Below the pieces are notes generated by a model. It made no database searches. It was not told the DNA's origin and saw only the letters and a program-made list of their open reading frames with translations. A DNA stretch of 64,000 nucleotides from Paraspadella gotoi (taxonomy: Eukaryota; Animalia; Chaetognatha): NCBI GenBank assembly GCA_051294375.1, contig CM119265.1:27100517-27164516 (forward strand). Reading direction: 5' to 3'. The position numbers and the translations under genes are program-made. Within the stretch, counting starts at the first letter, position 1. Each line of letters opens with the position of its first letter. Below, in pieces: positions 34,592 through 47,735 of the stretch.

Positions 34592-37500
34592 CTACATCTT
34601 CTTCTTAAACTTTTCCACTTTCTCACGATACAGTTCCTTGTTTTCCGGATGATAAACGTCCATGTGCTCACAGTCGAAAAAGCGAATGGTGCAGGTTGGG
34701 TAGCCTCGAGTTTTGCGCCACTCCATGTGCTCCTCCTGAGCGGTGGCCTCTTCCTCTTCCTCTTCAGCAATGCGTTCGGGATTCATGAAAAACTTCCATC
34801 TCTTCATGCGGGGGATTCTCTCTTGCGAGGGGCACGGGACCTGATGATAAAAGTGGGATTAAATTGTTATGAAATTGGTTTTACAAGCTACAAGGTGACC
34901 TACTGAAGCCCGCAGCTAGAAAAAAATCGCCATTGGCGAACCTGTAAAGTTTTTTTCCATCTTAAAATTTTGTTTTTTAATAAAAACCAAAACCATTTTT
35001 ATATATCCAAATTTTATATTGATTGGTTTTAATTTGACTTGACGATGAGCGGAGAAAAGTTGCCTTCAAAATTGCCTTTCATTTTCAAACACAAAGTTTT
35101 TTTAAAATCTTTTTGTCTAACTTTCTGAATATTTTTAAAAAAACTTTTACATAAAATTGTTCAAAGTACAGTGTGTCCCAATGGTACTGTCTGTTAAGAA
35201 AAGCTTACTGCTCCTATACCAGATCGAAAAACTTTCATTCATTATAATGAATATGAGCACAAGTATGGACCATTTTATAAGATACTTAAATTTTAAAAAT
35301 TGTACAAAGCAAACTCATGTAGTTATTACATAAAGCAATTGGTAAAAATATTTTTTCATTAATTTTTAACAAAAATTTTTTAAATCATATATTTTTTATT
35401 ATTTATCAAATATTTTTTATAATATTGATTAAATAATATTTTAAATCTTTTCTTTAGATGCAGGATAGTAAGAAACTACTTTATATTTTAGCTCCAGAGC
35501 TTTTATAATGCAGTAATCGTTATTTTTAAAATTATCTATTTGCCTTGTTCATATTACTTTTTTAATTGTTTTAATAATAATTTATTGAATAAATAGCAAC
35601 TAATATTTAAAGCCCCTCATTCATTATATTGTGTTTCTTGGCTTTTAAATGATTATATAAATATATATGTCGAGCTTCCACACCTTTTGGAACGAGGAAA
35701 AGAATATCCAAATATATCTATTTAATTACTATAAAAATTATATGAAATAATATGTAGATCTGGAGCATTGCCTTATGTGTTTTCATCTGATCTTACTCTG
35801 GGCGCGATTAATAAAGTGCAATTGACAATACCTTCAGTATATTATATGAACCACTGCCCATAAGTCTGGTCTTCCGAGACGCACAAGACACATTCTCTGT
35901 TCTCATTAAGAAACTAAATAGGTTATGTCTGGTATTGTCGCGACCAAGATTAAATTCAAAGTTTTTTAACTATGGATGGAATCAATATGTCCGATTTATA
36001 AATTGAGGTTTATTAATATTTTCGTTTGCTTCATAACATTCATATACTGTGTTCGTCACTTAATGTTCTGAACCATGAGTAATTCGCTAACTCTTGAGAG
36101 ATTGATCTACGACTGGTATGGCCGCTGTAGTCATTTTATTTATATCGAATACATAAAGAAGTTTCATATATATAAAATGAGTGTAGCTCACAATTAGCTG
36201 TGTTTAAAATAATTTTTTTGGAGAGTCATATTTTGAGCTCCTTCTACATTGTGCCACTATCTGACTATCGTACGATGTCCTGCTAGAAAAAGTTAAGCAG
36301 AAAAAATATAATTACACCCAATACACTTTTTGTACATAAGTAGGGGGAGAATGTTGCATCACATTCTCACTTTGGCGAGTATTAGAAGTCTCATAGTATA
36401 TATACCGACAGGCTCCTGCCTATATATATAAATCAATTGAGAGAGAGAAAAATTACAAAAATGAATAGATAATCGCATGTTTTTGATCCCGACTCTTATT
36501 TTGCAAGGGTGTACCTTCCTCTCAAGTTGTTAGACAGCTCATATCTCGGCAACGCTAAGTGGAGTCACATACTAATTAGATATAATTCCACCTTGGAGAA
36601 TAATACTAATATGAATGTAATTACTTATCGTAGTAGTCGAGAGAGATATCACGTTTTTCATCATAAAGCCTATTTGAAATATCTGGCTACCTTTAAATTA
36701 ATCTATAAAAATAAATTTACAAATTTGACATTTATCATATCCTCTAAATTTATAAAGATATTAACTAAATATTTAAATCTATTCTTTAAAACTCTGTTCA
36801 GTGGTTCGGGAGGCCATCTCCTCAAGAAATATCTCGAGGCTCACAATGATACAGTTTCTGTATCTACAGAAACTGCTGTTATTGTGTACATATTTGAGAA
36901 TACTGGATTATCCCCAAAGATCAACAATAACCTTACTGACGTATTGATTGATAATGAAGCACACTCTCCGCAGTTGAGACAGACTTATCGATTCAAAGGA
37001 GCACTACTACTTTTCACAAATACAGAGTGGGAGTGTATACCAGAAGATGCTTACAAAAGGAATAAAGTGGTAACTATGAATATTGTCAGAACCCATCTTG
37101 GTAAATAGCGCCCTTACTACACCACACATTTTAATATATTCGTTATAAGTCCCTGAAGTAGCATTACTTCTCACTTTCCTTTGTATTCAATTTCTATTCA
37201 TATCTTTCTGAAACTAGTCGTGTATCATTATGGCTTAGGGATCTATGCTTAAATGTTCATTTCTTTTTATTAATGCACGTATTTTATACAAATTAAAATT
37301 TAAATAATTTATATCTATTTAAAATATTTTTTTACATAATTTTTTTAATAAAATTTATTTTAAATAAAAAAATCTTAAAAGCATAAGGATCGTCGCAATC
37401 GCCTAAGAACAAGTTTGAACAAACAATGTCGGATCTGCCTATGATAATTAAATGGTAATAAGCTAACTTGGTCAACTTGCATAATTTAATCAACTTGCAT

Positions 37501-40500
37501 TATTTGGTCAACTGGCATAATTTGGTCAACTGACATAATTTGGTCAACTGGCATAGTTTGGTCAACTGGCATAGTTTGGTCAACTAGCATAGTTTGGTCA
37601 ACTAGCATAGTTTGGTCAACTAGCATAATTTGGTCAATTGGCTTAATTTGGTCAATCAATCAATCAATCATAATTAGAGAGAGAGAAACTTTAAAAAATT
37701 CAAATAAATATGTCTTTTGGTTTTTTAATTTTAACTCTTTTCCACTCTTATGATTCCATCAAAAAATTTATATCCAGGTTTATCACATACTTCCCTACCC
37801 ACACAAAATTCCATTTCAATTTATCTATCCAATTTTTAATAAACATAATAATTATGAGTAAATTTTAAGTAAAATTACTTCAAGTAAATATGACTTTGGT
37901 TTTTTCCATTTTAACTCATTTCCACTCGCACGATTCCATCGAAACGATATATCCAGCTCAATCACACACTTTCCTACCCACACACAAAATTTCATACCAA
38001 TCCATCCATCCAATCACGAGTAATTGGAGTTTTTTGTTAAGGGGGGATGGACGTACGGACGGACGGACATTTTTTTGGCATAATTGATCATAATTCGAGG
38101 TTCTGATCTGATAATAATGATTTACTGACAATATTTTGGGGTGGGACCGACGGACCGACAAAGTGAATTATAGAGTCGGAATCTGCTGAGAAGCAGATCC
38201 GACTAAAAATCTGGATTGACAAAAAATTTTTATACTAAAAAAAAATCAAATTTGAGAAAAGAAAATTAATTTATAAACAAAGAAAAAGAAGAAAAGAATA
38301 AATATAAAGAAAGAATAGAAAGGAAAAAAAGCAAAGAAAGGAAAGAAAGAAAAGAAAGGAAAGAAAGAAGAGAAAGAAAAGAAAGGAAAGAAAGAAGAGA
38401 AAGAAAAGAAAGGAAAGAAAGAAAAGAAAAGAAAAGAAAAGAAAAATCTTAAAAGCATAAGGATCGTCGCAATTGCTTAAGAAAAATCTGGATTGACGAC
38501 AAATTTTGATACTAAAAAAATCAAATTAGAGAAAAATAAAGAAAAGAAAATTAAAAAAAATAAAAAAAATCCATGAAAAAAATTCAAAAAAATCTAGGAT
38601 GTAAATTTGGGAATAAATGGCGATAATAAAAGTTTAATTGAAAAATTAATCAGAGATAGAGAGAAAAAAAAAGAAATCAAAAGGCAGCAGCAGAAAAGAG
38701 AAAAAGAAAGAGCCCCTGCAGAGCCAGCTGCAGAGAAAGAAATCAAAAGGCAGAAGCAGCAGGAGAAAAGAGAGAAAAAGAATAAGCCCCTGCAGAGCAA
38801 GCGACAGTCTCGTTTTTTTTTCACTTTGTCTATGAATCAGTGACTAGGGAAAAGAGAGAGGGAGAGAGATATGTAATTAAAAGAGAAAAGAGAGAGAGAA
38901 AGAAAAATAAAAATAAAAGAGAAAATTTGTTTGTTTTGATAAAACGTAAACAAAACATATTTAATAACTGTCCAGACTCAATTTTAAGCACATCGATGAT
39001 GAGAAGCTGTATATAAATTTTCAGCTTCCTTCCCCCAAATTTAATCATAGAAAAAGGCGATCTATAATTTGGAACGCCGACGACGACGACAACGACGACG
39101 ACGCCGCCACTTATGGGCAAAAGCGATACAATATCGTCGCAAACGCTAAGCGATTGCGACGATAAAAAGCGTGACGACGACGACAACGAAGACGGTCACA
39201 AAGAAGCAATAGCAAACGATTATCTCACCCAAGACGGGCCTAAGCCTGGCAAGATAAAAACTTCTGGCTTTTTTTGTAAGTTCAGTCCTATAATAACGTT
39301 TAAATGTTAAATTTTGCTCGTTAGAATTAAATTAATTGACACAATTTACATTAAAATAGTTACGTTTATCAAGGAAATACTGTACAATGATTCATGGTGG
39401 CATTGACAAGGTTCATAATTTGTGGACTTGTTTCATTTTAATTTTGAAAAAATCATAATTAAAAAAAGTTAAATTCTAATTTAGGCCTCAATTTCAGTAA
39501 TTATTCGCGAATAGAAAAAAATAAGTCACTATTGGGACATCATAATATATGTTGATAATTCGAAAAACTAGTTGTATATTCTTATTGATACATGAATAAG
39601 TTCTTGAAAGTTTTTTTTCAAAGATACTTTTATTTAAACTTTCATGGGCGTAAAAGAGGAAATTCCTGCCCAAATTATTATACATAAAAAAAGTTGGGGA
39701 CGATGGGCACGATCAGAATTCAAAAAGTTGATCTCGACGTCGACAGATGTTATATTCACGGATCCATTTCATATAGACATGAAGACCATAACTTAAAGAA
39801 ATTCTATTTTTTCATTTTCAGGACGGATTACTTTTGAAAACATTGGTATTAAAAGCTAACGAGGGAATAACAAGTAGTTAGCCCCAAACAAGTTTAAAAA
39901 AATGGCATCTTTATTTAGTGGTGCCAAAAAAAAAAAAGCAGTGATTGGAATCAGGCGCACGCTTCAAATATTGAAAAAATTTTCATATTGGGTAAAACAT
40001 AAAAACACTCGCATCGCAAATATGTGTTTCAAGAAAATGAACACGTTCAGTTGTCATATTATTGGATCCAAAAATGAAGATTTTTGAAAATTATTTGATG
40101 CGAATATAAACAAGGAATAGAGATCAACATTAAATAGCTATAACATATGTAAGTAATAAATCTTCTTCAGTTTCCAACAAGCCATTGCAACATTTTTCCA
40201 TTAATGGCTGTAAAAAAATAAAAATACAAAAAAAAGAACAAAGAAAAGTAAGAGAATAATTTGAAATAAATCCAAAGCTTTCATAAAGACTTAATTTCGA
40301 TTCTAAACAGTTAGAATGAGATTCATATTACTCTAATCATCCTATTGCATTAATTTTACAGAAAGAATCTTATGTTTATTTGGACAATAACGGATAAAAC
40401 ACAGTAAAAACTATTAGCATTGGGACAAAACAATTGACAAAAAGCGCAAAATTCAAATATTTGTTTTTAATAATATATGAATAAAAGCATAAACAGACCC

Positions 40501-43500
40501 TAAGCAATGTCAACTAGTAGAAAGAGTATCAGGAAGATATAAGTCGGTTTAAGAATCTTGTATTACCAATTCTCATATCATACTTTATTTTAAGACTCCG
40601 TCCTTTGCAGACATTGATGGGAAAAGAATCTTTGAATCGTAGTTTGGACCATCTTTCATTATCAATAATACCGTTATTGTACTGTATAGAAGTATTCATC
40701 AAGCAGTATCGAAGCATATTTTCTGTTTTTGGGTCCTGCCACACTGAAAGTTAAAAGTAGATAAGCTTATATAATATATATTTAGAAATTTGGTATGAAC
40801 GATCCCGATGTGAATACAAATAGAACTATCAAGGTGAATTTCAATATTTGACCCCTTGCTTGGCCGAGATATGAGCCTCCCAGAGGGGTCACCCATAGGG
40901 GCAAAAAATGGTTAAAATTGTTTTAAATTTGTCTAAATTTTGGGACTGCGGATAAAATGCAACGCCAAGGATGGTGCATTCCCCCTCTGAGCAAATGGGA
41001 TTGGCTGAACGATAATGGATGTGAGGCGGTATAAATATACCACCATAGTACCTCATTTTATAATATGAAACATTCTTTATGTATTCGATATGAATAAAAT
41101 GACTACAGGGCCATACAGTCTGGCCAGTAGAGCACAGTGAAAGTTAGGAACGGAAATTCTAAAAATCAATTATAAACAACATACCATCAGTGAACATTAA
41201 CTTGCAAAAAAAAAAAAAATTTTTAAAAAAATTTTTGCAGTAGGCTATATTTATATATAGTACTATCCTTATAAAATCAAAAAAATTTAAAATAGACTTT
41301 TCTTAATTTTGATTACAGATTTGAATTCCTCGTCAAAAGTTGATAAACTATATTTAATATATAAAAAATTAATTTTCAGCTTAAAATATAGCTTTTTCTG
41401 ATTTTTGATTCACTTAACCAAGGAAATTTTCAAAAAAAGTTATATTCCTTTATATCAACTTTTTTAACAAATCCAAATCTGCCAAAAAATCTTAGAAAAA
41501 ACTGTTTTACAATTTTATCATTTATTGGATTAGTACTATGTATGAATATGGCTTACTGCGTAAATTGTAAAATTTATTATAAATTTTTTTTATACATAAA
41601 GGTTCATTAGTATAATGTTGTTCGTTCCTCACTTTTAGAATTTTAATTTAAGTTAAATTTAGAAATTTTACTACGCCTTACTGGCCAGTGATACAAAACA
41701 GACACACGTTTGAACAAACAATCTGCCTATGATCATTTACGCTAAGCTGCTAATTAAGTTAATTATGCAAGTTAAAAAAAATTATACAAATTGAAAAATT
41801 TTGCAAGTTAAAAAAATGATGGGAGTTGTTAAAAAAAATGATGCAAGTTGTTAAAAAAATGATGCAAGTGAAAAAATGATGCGAGTGAAAAAATGATAAG
41901 TTAAAAAAATTATTTGTTTGTACTGAAGAGACAGTAATTATTGTTATGAGTTAGTGATAGGAACCGTTCTAATATAAGCAGTCCCTGAGCTTACGGATCA
42001 GGCTGTAACACCCTGTTAGGCGGGTTAAGCGCCCCGTCCCTCTTAACTGCCAGACGACCACGAAGGCTTAGAACCCCTGGACCTTTGGCTTGGGAGGCGA
42101 ATGACTTGCCCTCCGGCACCAAATGGCCGCTGATGACGGTTGGTGGATTTTAGTCCACCATACATCCCCCCCTCCCGTAGGGAGAAGTCCGTTGCGTCTC
42201 TTCTGTGAATTGTTGTTGTTTGGTGGACTATACAGTACGTCAGCCAAGTTTGAGGCCATGTCGGCCTTGAATGTGTTGTGGGCGGAAAGTGCCATGCGCC
42301 AGGTTGAGGGCAAATGTCGCCGGAAAAGTGTTGTTGGTGCTATGCTGTGTGAATTCAGTGATGGGTGCTCGTCGACTAGTCGTTATTCGCTATGATACGA
42401 GCAGAATTATGTTTATGAGAGGATTAGAACCGCTTCATTTATAGAAGCTCCCTGGAGCTTCGGATCAGGGCTGTAACACCCTGTTACACGCGGGTTAATG
42501 GCACCCCGTCCCATCTTTGAAGACTGCCGAAGACGACCACCGGAGGCTAGAACCCTGGACCCTTGGTGGAGAGAGAGGCTTCGCTCTGCACCAAATGGCC
42601 GAGCTGATGAACGGTTGGTTCAGGATTCTTGCTTCCACCGATAGTACCGATCAAGCTGATAGTAACAGTAAGTTAAGTCCTTGCAAACGATTTACATGTA
42701 GTGGCGCAGCCATTGTTTGGTATGGTACGATATGTTCTGATCAGTTAAGGATCACAAATTAAAAGAATTTATCTGGTGATTTATCATCTGATTAGCTGAT
42801 TACGCCGTTTTATTATCGTAGGCAGATCCGACATTTTTGCTCAAACTTGTTTTATTTAAACTCATATTCCTACTCGGTCGGTCCGACTTCCACTCAAAGC
42901 TTAATTCCAGCACAATCACCAACTCTTCACCCAAACACAAAATTTCAAGTAGAATCGCGCTCAAAGCTAATGGGGACGCACGGTACGGACATTCAATTTT
43001 GTGCATAATTTATAGTAATTCGATTGTTCTGACATGAGCAAAGCACTTACGACAAGATTTGGGTGGACTGACGACCGTCACGCAGATCCGGCTAAAAATT
43101 CTATCCTTACGTCTTATTTTAGGAGAATAATTGTTATCGCTATTGATGCCAAACCAATAATTGCTTCTATTTTCGATAAGTGAGTACCGAGCGTAATGTG
43201 CTTGTCTGTGGGTTGCTTAAAACAGAAGTGGGTTAACAAGTTCCAAGATATCATAAATAAAAATTCAAAGGACAAAAGTATTGGCGTCCGAGACGAATAT
43301 GAAGGAGAAAATATTTTTTCCAGATTATTATTTCTTTTTAGCTCTGGTAACGTAATATTCGGAAAACTACCAATGGAGAAATCAATATCCAAATGCGATA
43401 GTGACATTGACTATTTTTGAAGAAATACAGTAAAAAAGTTAGAATGCCAATAATACCCTGAAAGTACCTAAAAATGTTAAGGCATAGCCTGTTTCACGAC

Positions 43501-45960
43501 ATTTTGTTGAAGCTAATCAAGACCAACTACAGAGAATGAAAAAGATATAATAAGTTGGCTCTGATCCAAATCCCATATCACAAGTCGATATTGAGGTTCT
43601 AAAACTATAGAGACAATAGCATGGTTTATCCAGTGGAATGAGCTGGTTGTTTTCGTTGATTTTATAAACTGTACCATTATTTCTAAGTCCATCATAATAA
43701 ACGAATTCGCTTAAAATACACTGAGTACTTGTACCGGGAGGTAAAAGAAAGAATCAGAGCTAAAAAGTGAAGTATAATTTGAGGAAAAGATTCGAGCAGA
43801 ATATGTATAAAATTAACAGAACTAACTAGTTGGGATTTCAAAGCAAAAGAAGGTGATTTAGGGTCGACTCTTTCATCCAAATAAGAATCCATAGCCAATA
43901 TAACATTTCCCAATCCAAAAAGAAACGAAATCAGGGTTATAATTTTTCGCAAAGGACTGCTGTATATTCGCTTGTATTGAACATGACATTTTTGTAAATA
44001 ATAGTTTATGTAAAGACAAGAAATACTTCCATGTATTACCAAAATAATCATCATGAAAATCCCGATAAATTCCTCAACATAAAACGTTTTATTACAAAAA
44101 ATAATAGTGGTTTGAAAATCTGTGAGGACATCTACAAAACTGACCAAAGTAGATAAAAAAAGAAGAGTAGGGACTTTCATTTTGCTTATCAACTGAATAG
44201 TCTTCCTAGAAATACTCACGAAATTCTTTTTTAGCAGTATTCTTATCACTGACTGAAAATTGTTATATATATATATATCGCAAGTTTATATAAACGTCAG
44301 AAAAATGACAAAAATTGAAAAATATAAAAATTTAGGTTTTTAAAATATAACCAAACATTTTTATAAAAGTTTAATTAAAGATCATTTTCATAAGTTCGAC
44401 GATAGTTTTAGTTTTAACTTTAGCAAGAACAATTTTTTTCATATTTTTCAAAATAAAATAATTTAAATATTTGTATTGTCCAGCAATATATACTGCCAAA
44501 AGCAAAATAAGAAAAAAAATTGTTACGCCACTGAATCTCCATCACTCCACTATATTGCAGAGTAAGGCGGGCTAGAATTTACCATTTTTTTACAATATGA
44601 AAAAGGCTGCAATAAAAGTCTTTTGTCCTTTTACAACCAAACTAACTTATGATGTTAAATTTTGATTAAATTTATTTTCCTCATGCATGGAAAGAAGTAT
44701 TTTAATATTTAAAAATATATTATTATATAAGAAATGCCTAAAAATTATTTTTAAAATTTAAATTTTTAAAAAGGATTCTGATAAAGATTAAAAATTTAGA
44801 TAAAGGTTAATATTACATATTTCAAATATTTTAATGATACATGGGCTAAAATTTAAAAAACCTTAAAAAATTAACATCATCATCATTCATTAAATTTAGT
44901 TTTATTTAGTTTTTGTTAATTTTCATAGATAAATAAAATTTTAAAAAGTTGTAATAATAACCGTCATCTTTTAAAGCTCTATCAGAATATGTTAAAAAAA
45001 ATTAAAATTAAAAAAAATTTTTTGGATATTATAGTATTTGGATAATATAAAATGGCTTCCATGCGGTTAACTATAAGATACATCTTAATTTTTTTTTATT
45101 TTTCTGATCTTTAATAAACATATTAACAATATTTATACCGGACTTCTGTTAGTTTGTAACCTGTCCCGCCTTACTGCTTAGCTTTTATATTTGCTATAAC
45201 AGAATTAATAGAGTAATTGTCAATCTAAACAAAGAGGCCTGTCACCCACTCTTCTTTCTAGAAATCATATCTAGAGCACTTACTTTAGATTTGATTAAAG
45301 AGGTTGTTTTGGGATAAAAAATATTAAAAGTATAGTGCTCTCGCCAGACGTTACTATCAAAGAAAATTAATAAAAAATTCCGCGCTGATAAATAAATTTA
45401 AACATTGTGGACGCAACAAGATGTTCGTCCACAACATGTCCGTTATTTGATTTTATAGTAAAAATCGTTGTTTGTAAATAAAATACAAAATTTTCTTCTT
45501 TCAAATTAAATTTAATTAAATTTAACTGGTTAGGCTTATTTTTATGTAACAATATCCTAAAATATATAATTCTTTTTAAATTTGAATGACCTTTCAAAAG
45601 ATATTAATAATGATAACTTTGGTAAGTATTAGGGTGGAGTGATGAAAAGATTGATTTGATTGATTGAACATTATTTTTTTGCTGCCTATGACATATAATT
45701 AATGAATTTTAAACCCTTTTAAAATTTTTTTTAGCATAACAGTATAGCAAATTCAATTATTTATGTAGTAATATCCTTATAAAATCGTAAAATTTCAAAA
45801 TAATTTTTTTTATTTTTAAGAACTGATTTAGGAAAAACAGTTTTTAAGGTCAACAACGATTTATTATTGGATATAAGTCGGACAAGTTTCAATACTTTAT
45901 TAAGAGTCTTCTTCAGCGATTTTTAATAATCAACAATTTTCTCTCTTTAACATTAGCTTT

Positions 45961-45991
<31 letters not shown>

Positions 45992-46097
45992 GAGGGAGAT
46001 TCCAACAAAGAATTTAGAAAGGACAGTGGTCAGATGTGAGGACAGGTGAAGGTAAGGACAGGGAAGAAGATAAGATTGGTTGAAACTTGAAAGGTGA

Positions 46098-46135
<38 letters not shown>

Positions 46136-47558
46136 CAACAGAGGCAGAGAAAATAATTACATTTAGCAATGTACAACAGAATAATAAATGGAAAACTTAA
46201 TACTAAACTAGTAATAACAAAAGAAATTAATAATTTAGTTAACTATTAAGAATGAAATGTGAAAGGGAAAATAAGTTGTTAGGGATAGATAAGTGAAGGT
46301 GTTAGTGAAAGTAAGATAAAGAAAGAGCTCAAAAAGAGCTGGCCCCCCCGGCCTGGCAAATGTAGGACGTGAGGCGATGTGATCGGGTCATTGGCTTGTC
46401 ATAGACTGGAAGTGTATTTTAGTAGGCTGGGGTATGATTCCCAAGGCAGTTCTAATATCCCTCTGGCCTGATAAGCCTGCCGACGGCCCCCTCTCGCCTG
46501 ACGACGAGGCGGGTGGTTATCTGTTCTGGCCTGCTTAAATGCAGGGGATACAGATTCCTCTCCTTCTTCCTGCAGCCGTCGTTTTGGGCGACGCTCGGTG
46601 CGAGGAGAGTCACACCAAGTTGCTGCAAGTTTGGGAGAGGCATCGGGCGTCCATTGCCTGCTGAGAGGCCTCCGCCTGACCCGTTGAGTAGGGACAGGGG
46701 AACTACCGTGCGGTTGGGGTGGCGTTGGGCGTTCCACCTCCATTTTGATAAGCGAATCATAGCTTGGAGGGAGGTCGAATCGTCCTCCATCACGGTTCAG
46801 AGAGGGCTCGAGGGCTTTGATGTAAATTGCCTCTCTAATACCTCTAGTGAACCAGTTTTGGTCATGGGACAGCACGAGACAGTCCGTCTCTCTAAACAGA
46901 TGGCCAGAAGATGCCGAATGCTCGGCAATAGCCGACAAAGTGACCACGGGCGTCACGATAGGGCTTTATGTGCTGGTTTGAACCGATCTGAGAGAGATTT
47001 TCCGGTTCTCGCCCACGTATGCTGCTGAGCAGGTTTGGTTTCCTTGCCTGCACAGGCCACCCAGTAGACAGCTCCTGAGGTGTTCGGTCTGGGAATTTTG
47101 TCTTTCGGTTTCACCAAATGCTCACGTAAAGAGCCGCGGGCCGTCACTGAAGTGGAGATTCCCTGCTTTGCTAGCACCCGCCCAATGGTTCAGTGATCCC
47201 CTGGTGGTAGGGGAGGGACAGGTGGCCCACGTTCTTGAGACGCTTCTGCTTATCTCCAATTTGCGCTGTGGTGGGCGCGGTAGGTCCTTTAGCAGCAAGG
47301 CCTCGTTCGTCCTCCTGGGGGCGGAGGTTGAACTTGCGTCAGCGGTTACTTGCTCTTTTTGAGCTCTTTTCTTTATCTTACTTTCACTAACACCTTCACT
47401 TATCTATCCCTAACAACTTATTTTCCCTTTCACATTTCATTCTTAATAGTTAACTAAATTATTAATTTCTTTTTGTTATTACATAGTTTAGTATTAAGTT
47501 TTCCATTTATTATTCTGTTGTACATTGCTAAATGTAATTATTTTCTCTGCCTCTGTTG

Positions 47559-47596
<38 letters not shown>

Positions 47597-47702
47597 TTCA
47601 CCTTTCAAGTTTCAACCAATCTTATCTTCTTCCTGTCCTTACCTTCACCTGTCCTCACATCTGACCACTGTCCTTTCTAAATTCTTTGTTTGAATCTCCC
47701 TC

Positions 47703-47735
<33 letters not shown>

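Noticed and set aside
37465-37660. 18-bp repeats as CRISPR or iteron array
   Set aside because: Contiguous tandem units inside a HINE-like transposon.
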